A DNA stretch of 32,000 nucleotides, taken from positions 2,010,001 through 2,042,000 of the forward strand of contig NZ_CP034549.1 in assembly GCF_003966335.1 (NCBI RefSeq). The letters run 5' to 3'. Positions 1 through 7,659 of this stretch are shown here, in pieces. Position 1 is the stretch's first letter; every line of letters starts with the position of its first letter. Position numbers and translations under genes: made by a program. The stretch is from Nonlabens ponticola. Its GTDB lineage: Bacteria; Bacteroidota; Bacteroidia; Flavobacteriales; Flavobacteriaceae. The notes under the pieces were generated by a model. It worked only from the letters and a program-made list of their open reading frames with translations. It did no database searches and was not told the DNA's origin.

Positions 1-1932
1 CCATAGTTGACCCAACTGCATCATACTGATGATGGTTTGCTCTGGTGTCAATTTCACAATGCTGTCGCCTACCTGCGCTTCATAATAATCACGTTCAGAT
101 ACGCGTCGTAAAATCTCCGATGCCAGCGTACTCATAGGCTTCATACGACCTTCGTCCTGTACCACTACTCTACCAAAACGTTCTGCTTGGGCTTCTGGAA
201 CTAGGTTCAAGACAATAATGCTATCCAGTAATCTTCTAGGTATTTCTGGATATACTTCTGGAGCTAGAGATTCTGCAGGTTCTGGGTTATTGTACAAATG
301 TTCTCCTGAGTCTAGATTGGTACTTTGACCATCTCGATTTTCAAACGATGTATCGTTATCTTGAACTTCATGATTATGTCCGGTGTGATCTTCCTGCACC
401 ACTTGTTGTTGTGCATGGTTATGACCAGTATGATCTTCATGATCTGTCGTTTGTGCAAACGATAATCCACTAGTCATTAATATTGCAATCATGGCCAGCT
501 TTTTAGCCTTGCGCTTTTCTACTCTATTGATAAGCCTGCGCAATTCACCAAATCGTGTATTAGGATCGATTATCAATGCCAGCAACCCTATGTACAATAG
601 ATAATATCCAGCATAAGTAACTGTCTTACCCCAAAAATCATGATTGACAGATAGATGTGTTCCACCTTCATCATTATCAAATCCAGACTGGAAAAATCGA
701 TAGCCTTCTTTATCAAGTACGTTATTCATATAAATGCGTTCCTTCTTTTCGGTGCCATCTGGATCGATTACCGTTACCTGACTTTCAAAAGAACTGTATC
801 CTTTTTCAGTACCTGGATATTTATTGGCGATAAAATCATCCAGCTGTATTTCAAATGGCACCGTACGTTCTCTTGATCCGTAGCGTACATACACATCCAT
901 ATCATCCAGTTTAAAGCTGGAATAATCTGTCAGCATTCCTTTACCACCACGCAATTCTAGCGGCTGGACATCATCGCCCACAGCGATGGTTCCAAAAAGT
1001 CCTAGTGCTTTTGCTTCGGTAGGTTCTGGGCTTTCAATGATACCAACCTCACCTTCAAGTATAGGATCAGGTATCACAAACTGCATTCCTGCAACACTAT
1101 ATAGGGATCGCAATTGCAATGGCTGTATGGAATCCTGGAAGACCTCGCCTTCTTGCTGGTCTGCCATGCGCATATAATCGCCAGCAAATGGCGTTTGCAA
1201 TTGATAGCCGTTCCAGTTCTCAATAATGTTGATCACGCCTTCTTTTTCAGCTAGATCTGGATCAAGATTCACACCGAATAATACACCATGAATACTTGCT
1301 TTCTCACCATCCTTGAGAAGGTGATCATGCCTGTTTCCGCCACCAGCCTCAACAATTTTCAGGAATCTGTCACCACCATTTTCAACCGGTTTTAAACCTT
1401 CCACGGCATCATAAATCAAAGAATCTACCGTAATCACGATGTCCTTATCATAAAAATCAAATGTCTCCTTGCGCTTGTAATCATATTGTGAGATGAGCAT
1501 CTCTTCCATGACCTCACGTTGCATGGGATTGCCATCTGGATCAGTTCCCTGGATGACAACGTCAAAATAGGTTTCGGTACTCAGGAACGTATCTTCTACA
1601 GCACCTTCACGTATCAACATCATTCCTTCAAAAGATACGTATCTAGTGATTCCAGCGCCAATTATGATAAGAATCCACGACAAGTGCAGTGTCAGCGTTG
1701 CCCACTTTTTCCACTGCCATAGATTATATCGCTTGATATTGTAGATAAAATTGATCATTAACCACAGCATCAACAATGAGAACCACCACTCATTATATAC
1801 CCAAAGCTTTGAGGTAGGCGTGTCATAAGAATTCTCAATAAAGGTTCCTACGGCCATGCTTATCGCAAAAACCAGTAGCAAAATAGACATCGTTCTTGTA
1901 GAAAATAAAAACGCCTTGATACGGTCTTTCAT
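1..1932 (-). CDS. cytochrome c biogenesis protein, ResB/CcsB-like N-terminal portion of a long CcsB-CcsA type fusion (3' end lies beyond the left edge)
   Basis: Absent from the ORF track because no stop codon lies in the window. My translation of the minus strand from ATG 1932..1930 stays open for all 644 codons to base 1. It begins MKDRIKAFLFSTRTMSILLLVFAISMAVGTFIENSYDTPTSKLWVYNEWWFSLLMLWLMINFIYNIKRYNLWQWKKWATLTLHLSWILIIIGAGITRY. This gives ResB-like TM helices, a large soluble part, a further TM (YAGYYLLYIGLLALII) and a His-rich linker. The family call is from memory of Bacteroidota ResB/CcsA fusions. Confidence 0.7.
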   Translation of the reverse strand, partial: MKDRIKAFLFSTRTMSILLLVFAISMAVGTFIENSYDTPTSKLWVYNEWWFSLLMLWLMINFIYNIKRYNLWQWKKWATLTLHLSWILIIIGAGITRYVSFEGMMLIREGAVEDTFLSTETYFDVVIQGTDPDGNPMQREVMEEMLISQYDYKRKETFDFYDKDIVITVDSLIYDAVEGLKPVENGGDRFLKIVEAGGGNRHDHLLKDGEKASIHGVLFGVNLDPDLAEKEGVINIIENWNGYQLQTPFAGDYMRMADQQEGEVFQDSIQPLQLRSLYSVAGMQFVIPDPILEGEVGIIESPEPTEAKALGLFGTIAVGDDVQPLELRGGKGMLTDYSSFKLDDMDVYVRYGSRERTVPFEIQLDDFIANKYPGTEKGYSSFESQVTVIDPDGTEKKERIYMNNVLDKEGYRFFQSGFDNDEGGTHLSVNHDFWGKTVTYAGYYLLYIGLLALIIDPNTRFGELRRLINRVEKRKAKKLAMIAILMTSGLSFAQTTDHEDHTGHNHAQQQVVQEDHTGHNHEVQDNDTSFENRDGQSTNLDSGEHLYNNPEPAESLAPEVYPEIPRRLLDSIIVLNLVPEAQAERFGRVVVQDEGRMKPMSTLASEILRRVSERDYYEAQVGDSIVKLTPEQTIISMMQLGQLW

Positions 1933-1951
1933 AGTAGAATTTAAACGGCTG

Positions 1952-1959
1952 CAAAGATA
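1952..1959 (-). promoter_or_regulatory. candidate Bacteroidota -7 promoter box TATCTTTG (TAnnTTTG) for the cytochrome c biogenesis gene
   Basis: The plus strand reads CAAAGATA, which is TATCTTTG on the minus strand. The G of the box lies 20 nt upstream of ATG 1932, in the divergent intergenic region. Confidence 0.4.
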
Positions 1960-2019
1960 CTTTACAAAAGCCTTAACACCATGCCTTGTAGGTCGCATGT
2001 TCCTGTGTATTTTTACAGT

Positions 2020-2766
2020 ATGACGCGAGTTTTTATAATAGGTACAGGCAATCTAGGCAGGCAATTGATCACGCGCTTTCAACAAGCCATGAAGACTGAT
2101 ATTGAGCTAGTAGGTTATCGCAATTTATCAGGCGAGAAACTGCCCACGGTAAGCGCGCCGCTGAGCATGGAATCCATTCCTACATGCGACCTCATTATTC
2201 TAGCTGTGCCAGATGATCGCATAAGCTCTATCAGCGATTCACTAGACAATCCCAACGTGACCATCGCCCACACTAGTGGTAGCGTTTCCATTGCAGCTTT
2301 AAATCGTCACGAGAGACGTGGCGTGCTTTACATACCACAAACTTTCAGTAAACATAGATCGGTAGATTTATCTCAAGTAACAATTTGCCTAGAAGCTAGT
2401 AACGATAATGTTATGAAGCAGTTAGAGATGGTTTCTGTTACGCTTTCGCGAAAGCTAACACACATCAATTCTCATCAACGTAAAAAGCTACATCTTGCTG
2501 CCGTTTACATGAACAATTTTGTCAATCATTGTTATACCAAAGCTGCTGAAATCGCTCAGGAATCTGCCATCGATCAAGAATTATTATATCCATTGATGGA
2601 GGAAACCATGCTCAAGGCGCAGGAACTGGGCGCGTCAAATGCGCAATCAGGTCCAGCCATGCGAGGCGATAAAGATACCATTGCCAGACAATTAGAGCAG
2701 TTACCAGAAGAGGATCGTGCCATGTACGAGGCTATCACACAATCAATCAAACATACTCATGGATAA
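2020..2766 (+). CDS. Rossmann-like / DUF2520 domain protein
   Basis: N-terminal dinucleotide-binding motif VFIIGTGNLG. The C-terminal part (HLAAVYMNNFVNH ... SGPAMRGD) is typical of DUF2520. I prefer ATG 2020 (MTRVFIIG) over the track start at 1981. Contains palindrome copy 1. Confidence 0.7.
   Translation: MTRVFIIGTGNLGRQLITRFQQAMKTDIELVGYRNLSGEKLPTVSAPLSMESIPTCDLIILAVPDDRISSISDSLDNPNVTIAHTSGSVSIAALNRHERRGVLYIPQTFSKHRSVDLSQVTICLEASNDNVMKQLEMVSVTLSRKLTHINSHQRKKLHLAAVYMNNFVNHCYTKAAEIAQESAIDQELLYPLMEETMLKAQELGASNAQSGPAMRGDKDTIARQLEQLPEEDRAMYEAITQSIKHTHG
2442..2455. repeat. GCTTTCGCGAAAGC palindrome, copy 1 (perfect; extended TGTTAcGCTTTCGCGAAAGCTAACA at 2436..2460)
   Basis: Read directly. Lies inside the DUF2520 CDS and is translated as L-S-R-K-L-T. 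Confidence 0.95.
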
Positions 2767-3289
2767 AAATTATAAGGAATTATTGCATCAGATCAAGGCT
2801 TTCGTTTTTGACGTGGATGGTGTACTTACTGATGGTCGCCTACTCATTTCAGAAAGTGGTGAACTGTTGCGCACGATGAATGCCAAGGATGGCTATGCCA
2901 TGAAAACTGCACTCAACAATGGCTACAAGGTTTGCATTATTACTGGTGGTAAGAATGAAGGTGTAAAATCAAGACTGGTAGGTCTTGGTGTGACTGATGT
3001 TTTTTTAAATGCTAACGATAAGATCATCCAGCTGGAGCAATACATGAAAAAACATGGTTTGCAGGCTCATGAGATTCTATACATGGGTGACGATATGCCG
3101 GATATTCCCGTGATGCAGGAAGTTGGTCTGGCCTGCTGCCCGCAAGATGCTATTCCCGAAGTTAAAGCCGTAAGTCATTACATATCCCACAAACATGGTG
3201 GTGATGCCTGTGTACGTGATGTCATTGAACAAGTCATGAAAGTCCATAAAAAATGGAACAATGACGCGATAAACGCTGCAAGTTCTTGA
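2759..3289 (+). CDS. kdsC: 3-deoxy-D-manno-octulosonate 8-phosphate phosphatase (HAD family, KdsC)
   Basis: HAD motifs FVFDVDGVLTDG and YMGDDMPD, with a KdsC-like size of 176 aa from MDKNYKELL. ATG 2759 overlaps the upstream stop by 8 nt. Confidence 0.8.
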   Translation: MDKNYKELLHQIKAFVFDVDGVLTDGRLLISESGELLRTMNAKDGYAMKTALNNGYKVCIITGGKNEGVKSRLVGLGVTDVFLNANDKIIQLEQYMKKHGLQAHEILYMGDDMPDIPVMQEVGLACCPQDAIPEVKAVSHYISHKHGGDACVRDVIEQVMKVHKKWNNDAINAASS

Positions 3290-4185
3290 AATATCTTAAT
3301 CTAATAAGATGGCCCAATGTGTTGATGACGCTCATCACACAAGTCATCATATTGTATTGGTTTTTACCTGAGTCCAATGCAGATTTAACCTTGGCACTCT
3401 GGCAACAACTAGTAATTATATTTTCCACGTGCTGCATTGTTGCCGCAGGAAACGTGATAAATGACATCTATGATGCCGATGTGGATCGCATCAACAAACC
3501 TGATCAAGTAATTGTAGGTAGATTGCTATCCATAAAAAGTTCTAACAGGTTATATATAGGACTTACGTTTACCGCTGTCGTTGGTGGTTTTGTAGTTGCC
3601 AATAGCATTGACCGTGCTGGTATGGCGAGTATTTTTATCGTGGTTTCCTTCCTGTTATATTATTATGCAACGACATTAAAAAAACAACTGGTCATAGGCA
3701 ATGTTGTGATCTCATTGCTTGTAGGACTCGTAATGCTCCTTACTGCTGTAGTTGAATTATATCCAGCATTAAATGACGCTAACCAATCTGAGCAAGGAAA
3801 AGTACTGTTGCTATTAACAGGATTTGCTGTACTGGCATTTTTTGTCAATTTATTGCGCGAATGGATCAAGGATGCTCAAGATATTAATGGAGATCTTGCT
3901 GGTGGACGTAGCTCTTTGCCACTGGTTTTAGGAAAACAACGCGCCTGCAGAGTGATGGCAGTGTACACCTTAACCCTAGCCGCTGTCCTAGCCTATTGGT
4001 TTACAAACATTTTTTACCAATTGTCAAACACCTTTTATTATTCTCTTTTTGCGATCATTGCACCGCTTATGTATATAGGAATACGCTTGTGGAATGTCGA
4101 GAATGATAAAGAATTAAAAATCCTATCCTTAGTATGCAAGCTGGTATTATTAGCAGGGATCGTTTTGATAGGCTTATCACAATAA
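3286..4185 (+). CDS. UbiA-family prenyltransferase (polytopic membrane protein)
   Basis: Asp-rich motifs NVINDIYDADVDRINKP and KDAQDINGD, with about 8 hydrophobic helices. TTG start at 3286 overlaps the kdsC stop (TTGA). Confidence 0.75.
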   Translation: MKYLNLIRWPNVLMTLITQVIILYWFLPESNADLTLALWQQLVIIFSTCCIVAAGNVINDIYDADVDRINKPDQVIVGRLLSIKSSNRLYIGLTFTAVVGGFVVANSIDRAGMASIFIVVSFLLYYYATTLKKQLVIGNVVISLLVGLVMLLTAVVELYPALNDANQSEQGKVLLLLTGFAVLAFFVNLLREWIKDAQDINGDLAGGRSSLPLVLGKQRACRVMAVYTLTLAAVLAYWFTNIFYQLSNTFYYSLFAIIAPLMYIGIRLWNVENDKELKILSLVCKLVLLAGIVLIGLSQ

Positions 4186-4188
4186 ATT

Positions 4189-4773
4189 ATGCTGAGACAA
4201 AAATTCAACCAAATAGATTTTATTCTCGCGAGTCAAAGTCCGCGTAGACAGGAATTGCTTAAAGGTCTAGATATCGATTTTTCTATTGAGACAAGACCCG
4301 TGGACGAGGTTTATGATGAGAACTTGAAGGGTGGCGAGATCACCGCGTACCTATCCAAACTCAAAGCCAGCAAGTTTGATGATATTAAAGAAAACCAGTT
4401 GGTGATAACCAGTGACACCATCGTATGGCTGGATGGTAAAGCTTTAGGAAAACCTAAAAATCACGTTCAAGCGGTTGCTATGCTCACCAGCATGAGTGGC
4501 AAGATGCACGAGGTGTTTACATCGGTTTGCTTTACTATGGCAAATCAACAAGATGTGATTACCGATTGTACCAAAGTTTATTTTAAGTCCTTATCTCAAG
4601 ACGAAATAGAACACTATGTCAAGACCTACCAACCGTTTGATCGTGCTGGCGCTTACGGGATACAAGACTGGATAGGCTATACAAGTATTGATAAATTGGA
4701 CGGCTGTTATTATAATGTCATGGGATTACCGCTGCCTAAGGTTTATGAATGGTTGAAAAGTGTAAATTTATAG
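4189..4773 (+). CDS. maf: Maf-family nucleoside triphosphate pyrophosphatase
   Basis: ILASQSPRRQELL, ITSDTIV and RAGAYGIQD motifs. Length 194 aa. Confidence 0.85.
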   Translation: MLRQKFNQIDFILASQSPRRQELLKGLDIDFSIETRPVDEVYDENLKGGEITAYLSKLKASKFDDIKENQLVITSDTIVWLDGKALGKPKNHVQAVAMLTSMSGKMHEVFTSVCFTMANQQDVITDCTKVYFKSLSQDEIEHYVKTYQPFDRAGAYGIQDWIGYTSIDKLDGCYYNVMGLPLPKVYEWLKSVNL

Positions 4774-4775
4774 AT

Positions 4776-5174
4776 ATGAAATACACCGTATTATTCACGC
4801 TACTAATTTGCTTCACAGCATGCAAAACAGACAAAACAGCTGATCTTGTAGAGGTCATTGATTGCACAGATGTCAAGGAAGGAAAATTTGCCTACAATGA
4901 TCCCATCTATGGTGATTGGATCATCGAACGCAAAGGTGATAAGAACATTGAAACTAGTCCAGATACCGATCTCAAGATCTATAGTGATATCAAATGGATT
5001 ACAGATTGCGAGTATGAATTACATGTGCAAGACGTAGGCAACAGTGATAATATGGCCGTCGTTTCTAGCACCATACGCATTCTAATTACTGAAGTGACTG
5101 AGAACGGTTACAAATGCATTGCCTATACTAATGAAGGACCGCAAGAACTAGAAATGATAAGAGTTGATGGATAG
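4776..5174 (+). CDS. hypothetical lipoprotein
   Basis: MKYTVLFTLLICFTACKTDK gives a signal peptide plus lipobox Cys. I prefer ATG 4776, 2 nt after the maf stop, over the track start at 4749. Confidence 0.5.
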   Translation: MKYTVLFTLLICFTACKTDKTADLVEVIDCTDVKEGKFAYNDPIYGDWIIERKGDKNIETSPDTDLKIYSDIKWITDCEYELHVQDVGNSDNMAVVSSTIRILITEVTENGYKCIAYTNEGPQELEMIRVDG

Positions 5175-5379
5175 TAGATTTAGAAAAGGATTGCTAGTAG
5201 CAGGTTTTGCTGTACTCGCATTGTCGTTATTGTTTTATAGTTCACAAATCAATTTCCAGTATCGTTACTTTAATTGGTTGCACTTTGGTAAGTCACTTGT
5301 CGTGCCTGCTTTTACCTTCGCTATAACAGCGTACAGCTTAATTAAGGAGCAAAAGCGGTTCTGCAAGGAAGATAATTGA
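5167..5379 (+). CDS. small hypothetical membrane protein (two predicted TM helices)
   Basis: ATG 5167 overlaps the upstream stop by 8 nt. The hydrophobic segments are LLVAGFAVLALSLLFY and LVVPAFTFAITAYSLI. No family recognised. Confidence 0.35.
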   Translation: MDSRFRKGLLVAGFAVLALSLLFYSSQINFQYRYFNWLHFGKSLVVPAFTFAITAYSLIKEQKRFCKEDN

Positions 5380-5413
5380 ACTCCTATTTAAAAACTGTCC
5401 ATTTCTATTCCAC

Positions 5414-5448
5414 AAAAAAATCCGAATCAGTTACCTGATTCGGTTTTT
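5414..5448. terminator. bidirectional rho-independent terminator between convergent genes
   Basis: AAAAAAA, then CCGAATCAG, loop TTAC, CTGATTCGG, then TTTTT. This is a 9-bp stem flanked by an A-run and a T-run. Confidence 0.75.
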
Positions 5449-5471
5449 CAATATGTGTTGAGAAATGTTTT

Positions 5472-5897
5472 TTAAAACATCTCACGACCAGCAAAATGGA
5501 ACGCTGCTTCAATGGCTGCATTCTCATCGCTATCACTACCGTGAACGGCATTCTCGCCTACACTTTTTGCAAATAACTTTCTGATGGTTCCATCAGCAGC
5601 TTCCGCTGGATTTGTTGCACCTATAAGTGTACGGAAATCTGCTACGGCATTATCTTTTTCAAGTACTGCTGCCACAATCGGGCCGCGAGACATGAATTCT
5701 ACAAGCTCGCCATAAAATGGACGCTCGCTGTGAACTGCATAGAATTCCTGAGCATCAGCCACAGTCATCTGAGTAAGTTTCAATGCTGCGATTTTAAAAC
5801 CACTGCTCGTTATTTTTTCTAGTATTGCACCTATGTGTCCATCCTCGACAGCATCAGGCTTAATCATGGTAAATGTTCTATTAGTTGCCATTTTCAT
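5472..5897 (-). CDS. ndk: nucleoside diphosphate kinase
   Basis: [12 protein letters not shown] and the active-site region NAVHGSDS. The start could be ATG 5897 (MKMATN) or ATG 5891 (MATN). Confidence 0.95.
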   Translation of the reverse strand: MKMATNRTFTMIKPDAVEDGHIGAILEKITSSGFKIAALKLTQMTVADAQEFYAVHSERPFYGELVEFMSRGPIVAAVLEKDNAVADFRTLIGATNPAEAADGTIRKLFAKSVGENAVHGSDSDENAAIEAAFHFAGREMF

Positions 5898-5913
5898 CTT
5901 TTAAATTGCCGTG

Positions 5914-5921
5914 CAAAAGTA
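5914..5921 (-). promoter_or_regulatory. candidate -7 promoter box TACTTTTG (TAnnTTTG) for ndk
   Basis: The plus strand reads CAAAAGTA. The G of the box lies 17 nt upstream of ATG 5897. Confidence 0.4.
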
Positions 5922-6037
5922 CGGCTTTATGGCACTTTAGGCCATAAAACAGTGGCATTTTAACGTCCATACATGTTCCTGTTGCTATTATTATTTTCTT
6001 GAAGCAGATTCTACAACCTAGTAATTACTTTTGCAGC

Positions 6038-7063
6038 ATGAATGAAGAAATGATTATTGGCGTTAAGCAATTGCTTGAAACACCCAAGAAAATAGTAATA
6101 GTGCCACATAAAAGTCCTGATGGCGATGCCATTGGTTCTATAACCGCACTTTATTCTTATCTCAATAAATTGGGTCACGAGACGACCATGATTTCACCTA
6201 ACGATTACCCAAAATTTTTAAGCTGGCTTGATCATACCGATAAGATCATCAATTTTGAAAAGCAAAATAGCCAAGCTTTAACTGCCATCGATGAAGCACA
6301 AATCATTTTTATTCTAGATCATAATGCGTTGCACCGTGCCGGCGATATGGAACAACAACTCACTGCAAGTGATGCTACTTTTGTAATGATTGATCATCAT
6401 CAACAACCAGATGATTTTGCACGATTCATGTACAGTGATACTAGCATGAGCAGTACGTGCGAGATGGTATATCATTTTTTAGATCAGCTAGATGCACTAG
6501 ATCTTATTGATCAAGGAATGGCGACCAGTTTATATACAGGAATACTGACAGATACTGGCAGTTTCAAGTATAGGTCTACCACTTCTACAACATTGCGAGT
6601 AGCTGCAAACCTTGTGGATAAAGGTGCCGATAGCGAGAAGATCAACCGCCGTATCTATGATGTCAACTCTCCATCGCGTATGAAGCTTCTTGGAGTTGCG
6701 CTTAGCAACCTAATCATTTTGCCAGAGTATCGTGCGGCATTCATCACTTTGACGCAACAAGAGCTTGATGATAACAACTTTGAAAAAGGCGATACTGAAG
6801 GTTTTGTAAATTATGCATTGAGTCTTGATGACATAGTATTTGCACAGATATTTATTGAGAAAGCAGACGAGAGCATGATAAAAACATCATTGCGTTCTAA
6901 AGGTGATTTTGATGTCAACAAAATGGCTCGTGAGCACTGGAATGGTGGTGGTCACAAGAATGCCGCTGGTGGTAGGTCAGAGGCCAGCATGCAAGAAACA
7001 GTAGATAAATTAATTAGTATATTGCCGCAGTATGAGAGCGATCTTAAAAGCACCATTATATAA
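6038..7063 (+). CDS. nrnA: DHH/DHHA1 phosphoesterase (NrnA-like oligoribonuclease / pAp phosphatase)
   Basis: HKSPDGDAIGS, MIDHHQ (DHH motif) and GGGHKNAAGG (DHHA1 motif). I prefer ATG 6038 (MNEEMIIG) over the TTG at 5999. Confidence 0.75.
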   Translation: MNEEMIIGVKQLLETPKKIVIVPHKSPDGDAIGSITALYSYLNKLGHETTMISPNDYPKFLSWLDHTDKIINFEKQNSQALTAIDEAQIIFILDHNALHRAGDMEQQLTASDATFVMIDHHQQPDDFARFMYSDTSMSSTCEMVYHFLDQLDALDLIDQGMATSLYTGILTDTGSFKYRSTTSTTLRVAANLVDKGADSEKINRRIYDVNSPSRMKLLGVALSNLIILPEYRAAFITLTQQELDDNNFEKGDTEGFVNYALSLDDIVFAQIFIEKADESMIKTSLRSKGDFDVNKMAREHWNGGGHKNAAGGRSEASMQETVDKLISILPQYESDLKSTII

Positions 7064-7583
7064 AATTACACTATTGGCAACGCTCGCTATGGCCAGCAGT
7101 TGTAAGAATCTGGAGGCTCGCGAGGCCATCAGTACTCGCACCAGTACAACAACTGATTTTTCGATAGAACGCAACAAGGAACTTTACGCAGCTCAAGAAG
7201 CACAAATTGAAGAAATAATTGCTGCAGATTCCCTAGATTATCAGCGGTCTGCCAGCGGATTTTATTACACCTTTATAAAACAGGATAGTATCATCACAGA
7301 TCGTGCAAAATATGGCGATCGTGTCACCATTGAGTACAATATATCAAGTATTGACAACCAGCCCATTTACACGACCAGCGAGTTGTCACCACTCACTAAA
7401 AGTCTAGAACAAGAATACGGCATATTTAAAGGCCTGCGAGAAGGTCTCAAACTCATGCAGGAAAATGATGAGGCCATATTTTATTTTCCATCCTATGCAG
7501 CCTACGGCTTCTACGGCGATCAGGACCGCATAGGCATCAACACACCTATACGCAGCCGTGTTAAATTGCTTAAAATTGAGTAA
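7032..7583 (+). CDS. gldI: FKBP-type peptidyl-prolyl isomerase lipoprotein, possibly the gliding-motility protein GldI
   Basis: Signal peptide plus lipobox (LLATLAMASSC). FKBP-like C-terminal part (GDRVTIEYN ... GLREGLKLMQENDEAIFYFPSYAAYGFYGD). The size (183 aa) and position next to other PPIase genes fit flavobacterial GldI. The symbol is tentative. Overlaps the nrnA 3' end by 32 nt. Confidence 0.55.
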   Translation: MRAILKAPLYKITLLATLAMASSCKNLEAREAISTRTSTTTDFSIERNKELYAAQEAQIEEIIAADSLDYQRSASGFYYTFIKQDSIITDRAKYGDRVTIEYNISSIDNQPIYTTSELSPLTKSLEQEYGIFKGLREGLKLMQENDEAIFYFPSYAAYGFYGDQDRIGINTPIRSRVKLLKIE

Positions 7584-7602
7584 TGATGATGGCTATGATT
7601 TT

Positions 7603-7616
7603 GCTTTCGCGAAAGC
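7603..7616. repeat. GCTTTCGCGAAAGC palindrome, copy 2 (perfect; the only intergenic copy)
   Basis: Read directly. It lies 20 nt after the gldI-like stop and 44 nt before ATG 7660. The reverse complement of 7603..7621 (GTTACGCTTTCGCGAAAGC) equals 2437..2455. Confidence 0.95.
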
Positions 7617-7659
7617 GTAACTCCATAAAATTAACCCTAACACCTTTAAAATAATTAAC

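Noticed and set aside
655-1722. Plus-strand ORFs 655..876, 986..1177 and 1519..1722 from the track
   Set aside because: They lie antisense to a 644-codon uninterrupted minus-strand frame with clear ResB-like sequence. Their translations are low-complexity with no motifs.
2436-2460. Possible parS or Noc-binding-site identity of the palindrome (TTTC...GAAA arms as in TGTTNCACGTGAAACA and ATTTCCCGGGAAAT)
   Set aside because: The centre is 2 bp shorter (TTTC-GC-GAAA versus TTTC-ACGT-GAAA) and the half-sites differ. The density of about 1 per 4 kb is far higher than known parS or NBS sets. I keep it only as a loose analogy and not as a call.
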